A stretch of DNA of 32,000 nucleotides from Pasteurella multocida (GCF_900187275.1 NZ_LT906458.1:1230001-1262000); one strand, 5' to 3'. Counted from the first letter of the stretch, positions 9,375 through 17,081 are shown. Notes: a model not told the origin generated them from the sequence alone. Numbers and translations are program-made.

Positions 9375-9799
9375 ATACTATCAATGCCTTATATTTCATA
9401 AAATATAATCCTTTTAAATATGCTAAATATATTTATAGTTTTTATAAAAGCTTAGAGCCTTACAATAATAACTTACTATTATCTCCTTTAATTATTCCAC
9501 TTTGCACCCATCCTACTTATTCTAAAAAGAAGATAACATCTAGAAGTACTTTATATACTATCTTTCAAGATAAGAAAGAGCTTTATGATCTACAAGAACG
9601 GGTTAATTATTTCAGAGAGTTAACATCAGAAAGCATTCAGTTTTGCCTAGCTAATGATTGGCTATACTTTGATTCAGAAAAACTATCTTTATATACTAAT
9701 GAAGTAGATATTGAAATTGAGCCTTTCCCTAAAAAATTAGGCGACTTATTAAAAGATTATTCCGTAGGAGAAATCTATTTTAATTTAGGAGTAAAATGA
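9356..9799 (+). CDS. Small middle component (LmuC / ABC-3C MC-like adaptor)
   Basis: 147 aa. AAGGA (9346..9350) lies 5 nt before the ATG at 9356. The ORF overlaps the upstream gene by 19 nt (alternative ATG at 9371 would give an ATGA overlap) and the downstream gene by 4 nt (ATGA at 9796..9799). The call rests only on size and position between effector and ATPase; I recognise no motif. Confidence 0.5.
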   Translation: MGLLKMNTINALYFIKYNPFKYAKYIYSFYKSLEPYNNNLLLSPLIIPLCTHPTYSKKKITSRSTLYTIFQDKKELYDLQERVNYFRELTSESIQFCLANDWLYFDSEKLSLYTNEVDIEIEPFPKKLGDLLKDYSVGEIYFNLGVK

Positions 9800-11805
9800 T
9801 GAAAACATTAATTCATGAAATTGGAATTGTAGATATTAGAGATTATTTACATAGAGTAAAATTAAAAGAAGGATTAAATGTAATAACAGGAAAATCATCA
9901 ACAGGGAAAAGTGCACTAATTGAAATTTTTGATTATTGTTTCGCCAGTTCTAAAAGTAACATACCTAAAGGAGTTATAACAGAGTCAGCAACATTATATT
10001 ATCTTGTCTTACAAATTAATCAGTTATTTTTTGTGTTAGGTAGAGAAGCCAACTCTAGTAAGTGCTTTTTTAAGATTGAAAATAGCAATCCTTCCGATAA
10101 GTTAGGATCTAATTACTTTGATAATAATCATTTCTTATCACTTAATAATTATAAGAATAAACTCAATGAAATATTTATTGATATTAATGATGTTGATGAG
10201 TCTGCTATCACTGTAGAATACAGAGGAAAAAAATCGCCCACCCCATCTATTCGTAGCTTTATGTCATTAATTTTACAACATCAAAATTTAATAGCTAATA
10301 AGCATGCTATTTTTTATAGATTTGATGAAAAGGAGAAAAGAGAACAGGTCATATCCCACATGAAAATATTTCTTGGATTTGTTGATCAAGAATTTTATAT
10401 TCTATCGCAACGTAAAGAAAAAATCGAAATGGAAATAAGAAGGATAATTAGAGAAAATAATATACTCAGTAAAAACCTAGAAGGAAAAAAGTATGAATTA
10501 AAAGAAAGATTAAAGATTTTTTATTCAGTTATTGGAGTTGATGAAAAAATATTATCTATTGATGAGGTTATTTCAGATCCAATTAATTCAAAAATAAAAT
10601 TAGACAATACCATTCTAGCTCAGAATATAAACCACACATCAGATAATTTAAATATACATTATAATAAATTAATAAAAGAAAGAGATAGCGAAATTTCAAA
10701 ACTTAGAGAACTACAAAGAAGAAAAACAGCTATAGAAAAAACCCTAGAGGACAGGGAAGAGTTTTCTAAAAACATTGAACGTTCTTATTTCCCAGAAAGT
10801 ATAACTATTGCTAAAACAGTTTGTCCGCTCTGTTACTCCGACAATAATAAGCTAACAGAAAGAGCTAAACAGCTTGAACAAGCAATTAAAATTTTATCAG
10901 AAGATTTTCAGTTTAGTAATGGGATTACTTCTGAATTAGAAATATCATTAAATAAAACAAAAGAGGAAATAACAAATAAAAGTAACATTATAAAAAAATT
11001 AAATCGTGAGATATTAGATATAAGAACAAAAAACAAAGAACTATCTGATAAGATTAGCTTTAATGAACAAGTATTAATGAAAAAAATAGAAATATTTTTC
11101 TTATTAGATATGTTATCATCCTTCAAAAAGATAGATACAAGTGAAAAAGAAACATATCAAAATGAGCTTGAAGATATAAAGCAAAAATTAAAATTATACA
11201 ATATTGAAAATAGAGTTATTGAAGCAAATAGCAGAATTAATATAATCATGAAGGAAATTGGTTCAAAATTTGATTTCGAAACGAGCTACCAACCAATAAA
11301 TCTAAAATTTTCTCTAGATAGCTTTGATTTATTTCATCAAGACAATAAAAAAGGAAATATTTATTTAAGAACCATGGGGAGTGGTGCCAACTGGTTATAT
11401 TGTCATATTACACTATTTCTTGCTCTACATCGATATTTTATAGAACTAGACCATAAAGGAATAAATTGTTCAATTCCCTCTCTTCTATTTTTAGATCAAC
11501 CAACTCAAGTATATTTTCCTAACTTTAAATTTGATAAGAGTCAAGAATTTAATCAAAATATGATTAAAGAATTGGAACACAATCCTGAAACTTTTGATGA
11601 AGATATTAAATCCGTAGAGAATTTATTTAAGCAACTAGCCATATACTGTGATGAATTAAAAAATGAATTTGGTTTTTCTCCTCAAATTATTGTGACAGAT
11701 CATGCTGATAATCTGAACTTAGGAAATAAGTTTAATTTTGAGGATTTTGTTAACGGAAATAGATGGAGAACTAGAGGATTAATAGAGCCTATACCTAATA
11801 TTTAA
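9796..11805 (+). CDS. Rad50/SMC-like ABC ATPase with long coiled-coil insert (LmuB / DUF3732 / DdmC-like)
   Basis: 669 aa. Motifs: Walker A GKSSTGKS (res 32-39, nt 9889..9912), signature-like MGSGAN (res 527-532), Walker B LLFLDQP (D567), and H-loop VTDHAD (H636). Heptad-like K/E/I/L-rich sequence spans about residues 200-500, with CPLC at 343-346. AGGAG lies 4 nt before the ATG. Confidence 0.8.
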   Translation: MMKTLIHEIGIVDIRDYLHRVKLKEGLNVITGKSSTGKSALIEIFDYCFASSKSNIPKGVITESATLYYLVLQINQLFFVLGREANSSKCFFKIENSNPSDKLGSNYFDNNHFLSLNNYKNKLNEIFIDINDVDESAITVEYRGKKSPTPSIRSFMSLILQHQNLIANKHAIFYRFDEKEKREQVISHMKIFLGFVDQEFYILSQRKEKIEMEIRRIIRENNILSKNLEGKKYELKERLKIFYSVIGVDEKILSIDEVISDPINSKIKLDNTILAQNINHTSDNLNIHYNKLIKERDSEISKLRELQRRKTAIEKTLEDREEFSKNIERSYFPESITIAKTVCPLCYSDNNKLTERAKQLEQAIKILSEDFQFSNGITSELEISLNKTKEEITNKSNIIKKLNREILDIRTKNKELSDKISFNEQVLMKKIEIFFLLDMLSSFKKIDTSEKETYQNELEDIKQKLKLYNIENRVIEANSRINIIMKEIGSKFDFETSYQPINLKFSLDSFDLFHQDNKKGNIYLRTMGSGANWLYCHITLFLALHRYFIELDHKGINCSIPSLLFLDQPTQVYFPNFKFDKSQEFNQNMIKELEHNPETFDEDIKSVENLFKQLAIYCDELKNEFGFSPQIIVTDHADNLNLGNKFNFEDFVNGNRWRTRGLIEPIPNI

Positions 11806-11873
11806 TAAACTAAATATAAACACTTTCACAGTATAATGCTTTAATAGCTCATTTATTTTCACTAAAACACAAA

Positions 11874-12434
11874 ATGAACTCAGAATTAAAACAAGATCTC
11901 ACGGAATTTTTACGCCTATCATTAGTCGATGATGAATTTATCGATCAATATATCGACGATATTACATCCCTTTTTGAAGAGCAGGGGGAATGGGCTGATG
12001 AGTATGTGTATTGGCAAGAAAAAGGGATTTTGCCAGAAGATCCTGAACACCAATATTATGATGAGTATTTCGACTGGGATGAAAATGCATTTGTTGTGGA
12101 TGGGAAAAGTTACCCAAGCCTGAGTTTGGCAGATATTCTCGAACAACAAGCCCTTTCTAAATTGACTGATTGGAAATTCGATGCGGAAGAATTGGAATAT
12201 GCGGTCAATAGTATGCTGACCAATAAAATCAAGATCCAATGCCCCGAAGAAACCTATAATGATGCACTCTACCCTTACGTTCAACAAGCACTTGCCCCAC
12301 AAAATTATACCCTTTGTAATTATTGGAACGGCAATGACAGCTGTTTATTTATGATTTTCTCTTTTGAGGAAGAGTGTATTCGAGAGATTGCTGGCAAGTG
12401 CAATATTTCAATTTGTGCGGTTGATGAAGTATAG
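11874..12434 (+). CDS. Hypothetical highly acidic protein (no family assigned)
   Basis: 186 aa with 41 D+E versus 10 K+R (hand count) and many W/Y/F. TATAAT at 11832..11837 lies 37 nt upstream, but there is no obvious SD. GC is visibly higher than in the neighbouring island genes. Confidence 0.55.
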   Translation: MNSELKQDLTEFLRLSLVDDEFIDQYIDDITSLFEEQGEWADEYVYWQEKGILPEDPEHQYYDEYFDWDENAFVVDGKSYPSLSLADILEQQALSKLTDWKFDAEELEYAVNSMLTNKIKIQCPEETYNDALYPYVQQALAPQNYTLCNYWNGNDSCLFMIFSFEEECIREIAGKCNISICAVDEV

Positions 12435-12577
12435 TGTAGTTTAGTATTGCATCTATAGCACTCGCCATCAATGAGATCGACAGTGTAAAGAATTGGAAGG
12501 CTATTTTTCGCGCGAGGAATTATGCCAAATAAATATAAAATAAACATTATATTAATAAAAAAATAAGGAGAAATAAT

Positions 12578-13849
12578 ATGCAACCAGAACAAAAAGAAAC
12601 CGAAGAATCTATAAAAATCACATTTCTTTCTACAGATATTCCAAATAAGGCTCCTATCAATTTAAGTACTATAAAAGATCCAGACAAACTCCAAGAATAT
12701 AAAAACGTACTTCAAATATCACTTAATAAAATTTTAGACGCTGAAAATATTATTGTTTTAGCTGGTTCAGGCACTTCTTTGACATTCAATACTTCACAAA
12801 ATCACCCCGCTCCAAGTATGGCTGACCTGTGGGATTATTGCAAAGAGAAAAATGCTAGAGTTTTTAATGAGATTGAGACATATACAAATTACAATGATTT
12901 TGCTGAAAAATGGACTGATAAACAAGGGCAAGAACATATTTCAAAGGATATTGAGCTTTTGCTGTCACGCTGTGATACTTTTTTGTCTTTACAAAATTTA
13001 TCTACTCATCGATTACAGCAACTAAAAAAATTTATTAAAGACGCGAAGTTAGAAATACTAAAACAAACTAACTTCACAGGAAAAATCTCAGACCCCAAAA
13101 ACTGGGAACATCATAACAAACTACTAAGGGTCTTAGGAAAAAGGCAACCTAAACAAAAGCGCTTAAAACTATTCACTACTAACTATGATTTAGCATTTGA
13201 AACCGCAGCATCTAACACTGGAATGATTGTAATCGATGGTTTTGAATACGGTAGACCATATCGCTTTAACCCCGCATGGTTTCATTATGATATTGTGCAT
13301 AAAACTCAAGCTTCAGATAAAGCAAATTCTTATCTTCCCAATGTCTTCCATCTTTATAAAATCCATGGTTCTGTAGATTGGTTGAGAACAGAGCAAGGTA
13401 TTCAAAAAAGAATTTCGGATTCTCAAGAAGGAGAACCAGTCATTATTTATCCAAGTAGTACTAAATATCAAACCTCTTATGAATCTCCCTACCTAGATAT
13501 GATGTCCAGCTTTTTAGAAGCAGTCCAAAAACCTAAAACAGCAATTTTATGTCTTGGATTTGGTTTTAATGATAAACATATAAATAATGCGATTACAATG
13601 GCACTGCGTACAAATCCAGAATTACTACTCATGGTGAGTACTCGTTCGTTTTTTGATGAAAAAGGCTCTTTTAATAAAGATATTCGAGAATTACTGAAAA
13701 AAGCAGTTGCAGCTGGCGATTCAAGAATCACATTAATAGACTGTGATTTTGCTACATTCGTAGAACAATTACCAGAAAGAAATAAACCTACGCCAGAAGA
13801 ACAAATTCTTCAGTTCTTCCAAAAATTTAATACGGGAGAAAATAAATGA
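12578..13849 (+). CDS. SIR2-family NADase-like protein (SIR2 partner of a SIR2-HerA defence pair)
   Basis: 423 aa. Motifs: IIVLAGSGTSL (Rossmann G-x-G), FTTNYDLAFE (N202) and YKIHGSVDW (H263), the defence-type SIR2 motifs. A strong SD AAGGAG (12565..12570) lies 7 nt before the ATG. Confidence 0.85.
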   Translation: MQPEQKETEESIKITFLSTDIPNKAPINLSTIKDPDKLQEYKNVLQISLNKILDAENIIVLAGSGTSLTFNTSQNHPAPSMADLWDYCKEKNARVFNEIETYTNYNDFAEKWTDKQGQEHISKDIELLLSRCDTFLSLQNLSTHRLQQLKKFIKDAKLEILKQTNFTGKISDPKNWEHHNKLLRVLGKRQPKQKRLKLFTTNYDLAFETAASNTGMIVIDGFEYGRPYRFNPAWFHYDIVHKTQASDKANSYLPNVFHLYKIHGSVDWLRTEQGIQKRISDSQEGEPVIIYPSSTKYQTSYESPYLDMMSSFLEAVQKPKTAILCLGFGFNDKHINNAITMALRTNPELLLMVSTRSFFDEKGSFNKDIRELLKKAVAAGDSRITLIDCDFATFVEQLPERNKPTPEEQILQFFQKFNTGENK

Positions 13850-15588
13850 GTAATGAATGGTTTTCACCATATGATTTAAAAAGACGCATAGGAAGTTTAA
13901 TTGAAATATCTGCAACTGAAGCAAAAATAAACCTTACTAAAGCCGGAACGGGAGAACAAGTATGGCTATTGGGAAACCGTATTCCCATTGGAGAGGTTAA
14001 TGAGTTTATTTTTATTGATTGTGGGCAAACATCTATTTTAGGAAGAATGATTCGAGTATGGTTAGAAAATGGTGAACGTCTTAGCGTTGATAATTTAGAT
14101 GAAAATTATGCTAATAATAACCCTATTGGCTTAGTTCAACTATTGGTTAGTGTTGATGTAGAAACAGGATTTAATCATAGAGGAATTAGACAATACCCTA
14201 AATTAGGCGCTCAAATTTATTCTGCTCATCCAAATTTAGTTTCTCTTTTAGCAGAAGGGAAATTAGCTAGTGATAATAATGAATTACAACTACCAATTGC
14301 TGAAATTCCTAATGATTCATCTATTACAATTCATCTTACTCCCGAAAAATTATTTGCTCGCCATTGTGCTATTTTAGGTTCTACTGGCGGAGGGAAAAGC
14401 TATACGATGGCAAATATAATTAATAATGTAAAAGAAAATAGAGGAAAAATATTATTATTAGATGCAACAGGAGAATATGAAAATTTACTTTGTGAAAGCT
14501 ATTATGTGGGAGAACATCCTCAAACTAAAGAGGATGACAAAAATAAAGTGACATACCCGCATTGGATGTTTACTGATTCAGATATAAGAGCTTTATTAAG
14601 ACCATCTGCTGGAAGCCAAGCACCAAAATTAGAAGAAGCTATTAGAAGTTTGAAAATAGTGCACTACCTCAACAGAAATCCAGAAATGAAAACTAAATAT
14701 GCTCTGTCTATACAAAATCAAGTGAATTTAGAGAAATTGGAGAAACTTAAAAAGCCATTCGAAGATATAATACAATCAATAACGTCCCCTTTTTCAGATA
14801 TTCCATGGACATTCCATGCATTGGCAGAGCAGATCATTCAAGAATGTGTATATCCAACAGGAGGGACATATCAAACTCCAGATCCCACTAAATGGGGAAA
14901 AAGAGCGGATAATGATATTGGATATTGTCTAAATCTAATTTCTCGCATTAAGGCTATGCAAAATAATCCTCACTTAAAATGGATGTTAGATAGCGATCCG
15001 AAGCTGACTAAGATACCTGATATCATAGATAATCTATGCAAAAATCAAACAGATCCAATAATACGGTTTGATCTATCTTTTGTTCCATTTGAAGAAAATG
15101 CAAGGGAAATATTAGTTAATACCATCGGTCGTAAATTATTAGATTGTGCTCGCAAAGGTGATATTAGCTATGAAAATCCATTGCTTGTTTTTATTGATGA
15201 ATCTCATCAATTTTTAAATAAATCTATTGGTGATGACATCAGCAAAATGAATCTTACCGCTTTTGGAGATATTGCAAAAGAAGGGAGAAAATATGGTTTA
15301 AATCTAGTGATGGCAACACAGCGACCAAGAGATATTCCAGAAGATGTTTTAAGTCAAATTGGGACATTGATTGTTCATCGATTAACTAATGAGAAAGATC
15401 AGGAAATTGTAAAGAAAGCAGTTGGCTCCATCGATAATCGCTCAGCTGCTTTTTTACCTGTACTCGGGCAAGGAGAGGCCCTTTTACTTGGGGTTGATTT
15501 TCCTTTTCCGATGAAAGTAAAAATCAAAGTGCCTCAAGTCGCCCCTTTATCTAGAAGTGCTTCATTTTCTAAAGTGTGGTCTTCCTGA
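13846..15588 (+). CDS. HerA/FtsK-like hexameric ATPase (HerA partner of SIR2-HerA)
   Basis: 580 aa. It has a HAS-barrel-like N-terminus, Walker A GSTGGGKS (K184, nt 14377..14400), Walker B LLVFIDESHQF (D451-E452, nt 15181..15201) and ATQRPRDI. An ATGA start/stop overlap with the SIR2 gene sits at 13846..13849. Confidence 0.88.
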   Translation: MSNEWFSPYDLKRRIGSLIEISATEAKINLTKAGTGEQVWLLGNRIPIGEVNEFIFIDCGQTSILGRMIRVWLENGERLSVDNLDENYANNNPIGLVQLLVSVDVETGFNHRGIRQYPKLGAQIYSAHPNLVSLLAEGKLASDNNELQLPIAEIPNDSSITIHLTPEKLFARHCAILGSTGGGKSYTMANIINNVKENRGKILLLDATGEYENLLCESYYVGEHPQTKEDDKNKVTYPHWMFTDSDIRALLRPSAGSQAPKLEEAIRSLKIVHYLNRNPEMKTKYALSIQNQVNLEKLEKLKKPFEDIIQSITSPFSDIPWTFHALAEQIIQECVYPTGGTYQTPDPTKWGKRADNDIGYCLNLISRIKAMQNNPHLKWMLDSDPKLTKIPDIIDNLCKNQTDPIIRFDLSFVPFEENAREILVNTIGRKLLDCARKGDISYENPLLVFIDESHQFLNKSIGDDISKMNLTAFGDIAKEGRKYGLNLVMATQRPRDIPEDVLSQIGTLIVHRLTNEKDQEIVKKAVGSIDNRSAAFLPVLGQGEALLLGVDFPFPMKVKIKVPQVAPLSRSASFSKVWSS

Positions 15589-15591
15589 TCC

Positions 15592-15620
15592 GATGACGCT
15601 CGTCAAAGGCGAGCGCCATC
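15592..15620 (+). terminator. Hairpin immediately after the HerA stop (possible terminator or island boundary)
   Basis: gatgacgctcg / tcaaagg / cgagcgccatc forms an 11-bp stem with one A-C mismatch, but the following T-tract is weak. GC content returns to core-like levels here. Confidence 0.3.
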
Positions 15621-15713
15621 CATTTCTATTAATAGATTACTCACAAACTCTTCCCTTGCCTTTTCCCCAATTCCCTCTAAACTAACCCCATTTTTCACTT
15701 TCAACAAAAAGCA

Positions 15714-16553
15714 ATGCACACACCCCATATTTACCTCGGCACAGGCGGTTATAGCGACACAGATTTAATCGGGACGCTGTATCCTTTTGGCACAGATAAA
15801 AGCGAGTTTTTGGCAGTTTATAGCCAACACTATGATGCGATTGAAATCAACAGCACCTTTCATGCGCCGATTGGTGCGAAATCGTTGCTAGGGATGGTGG
15901 AAAAGGCGCAAGGGCGGTTGCAGTTTTCGGTGAAATTGCATCAAGATTTTAGTCATAAACGTACCGCCACAAAAGAAGATGCAAGAGCCTTTTTAGCCGC
16001 ATTACAACCGTTAAAAGATCAGGATTGCTTAGCGAATTTATTTATTCAGTTTCCGATAAACTTTGAACGAACACCTGCCAATCGTTATTATCTTGCTGAA
16101 CTCGTTTCTTGGTTTCAAGAGGAAGTGTTAGCCATTGAATTTCGCCATCCGAGTTGGCATAACCAATCTGTGTTGGACTATTTTCGAGGTAAAGAAAAGC
16201 TGATTTGGTGCAATGTGGATTATCCGCAAAATATTGGTTTGCCTGCTTTTCAATTTTATGCGAATCAACGTACGGCATATTTACGCTTGCACGGTCGCAA
16301 TCCGAATTGGTGGCAAGCGCAATCGGCACAGGAACGACACGATTACCGTTACAATGACACGGAATTGCAAAATTTAGCCAATCTGCTAAATCAGTATAGA
16401 AACGAATTTGACCAGTTGTATATCTATTTTCAAAATACCACGAAAAGCCACTCTTTCTACAACATTGAGCAATTGAAAGCCTATTTGGCAGAATATGGTT
16501 TTGAAGTGAAACCCAAGCCCGAGTTTTTAACCGAGCGGCAGAGTTTGTTTTAG
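15714..16553 (+). CDS. DUF72 family protein (YecE-like)
   Basis: 279 aa. IYLGTGGYSD...YDAIEINSTFHAP...AIEFRHPSW...YLRLHGRN...YIYFQNT match the DUF72 pattern. The C-terminal ...QSLF resembles E. coli YecE as I remember it. Confidence 0.82.
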   Translation: MHTPHIYLGTGGYSDTDLIGTLYPFGTDKSEFLAVYSQHYDAIEINSTFHAPIGAKSLLGMVEKAQGRLQFSVKLHQDFSHKRTATKEDARAFLAALQPLKDQDCLANLFIQFPINFERTPANRYYLAELVSWFQEEVLAIEFRHPSWHNQSVLDYFRGKEKLIWCNVDYPQNIGLPAFQFYANQRTAYLRLHGRNPNWWQAQSAQERHDYRYNDTELQNLANLLNQYRNEFDQLYIYFQNTTKSHSFYNIEQLKAYLAEYGFEVKPKPEFLTERQSLF

Positions 16554-16591
16554 TGGGGAACGTGCGTTTTTTGACAAGAAAAATAACCGAA

Positions 16592-16600
16592 AAGTGCGGT
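16592..16600 (+). repeat. DNA uptake signal sequence core (Hin-type), intergenic
   Basis: Exact AAGTGCGGT followed by catttttgaaaac, between the convergent yecE-like and rnhA genes. This is the first USS after the island. Confidence 0.8.
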
Positions 16601-16616
16601 CATTTTTGAAAACGTT

Positions 16617-17081
16617 TTATTCAGGTTGATAGCCCACATCCTCTAAAGTGGGATTTTCTGCGCCCGCTTTAGCGAGTTGATCGCAGATTTCATTTTCAAT
16701 GTGTCCAGAATGCCCTTTGACCCATTGCCAATTGATGTGGTGACGTTGGATAGCTTGATCGAGCTGTATCCATAAATCTTGGTTCTTAACGGGCTTGCCG
16801 GTGCTGGCTTTCCAGTTATTTTTTTTCCAATTAAAGATCCATTTGGTGATGCCATTTTTCATATATTGGCTATCACTGTGTAACGTCACTGAGCAAGGCT
16901 CTTTGAGAGTATTTAAGGCTTCAATCACCGCACGCAATTCCATACGGTTATTAGTTGTTAAAAAATAACCTGCTGAAATCTGTTTTTCATGTTGCTTATA
17001 ACGTAACAATACGCCGATCCCACCCGGTCCGGGATTGCCTAAACAGGAACCATCCGTAAAAATTTCAATTTGTTTTTGCAT
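16617..17081 (-). CDS. rnhA: Ribonuclease HI
   Basis: 154 aa. [21 protein letters not shown] and [12 protein letters not shown] match RNase H1. It is divergent from dnaQ, as in E. coli. Confidence 0.95.
   Translation of the reverse strand: MQKQIEIFTDGSCLGNPGPGGIGVLLRYKQHEKQISAGYFLTTNNRMELRAVIEALNTLKEPCSVTLHSDSQYMKNGITKWIFNWKKNNWKASTGKPVKNQDLWIQLDQAIQRHHINWQWVKGHSGHIENEICDQLAKAGAENPTLEDVGYQPE

Noticed and set aside
11922-12592. Minus-strand ORFs at 11922..12302 (126 aa) and 12320..12592 (90 aa).
   Set aside because: The first is the F/I-rich antisense shadow of GAA/GAT-rich codons in the acidic plus-strand ORF. The second spans an intergenic region and the SIR2 start. Neither has motifs.
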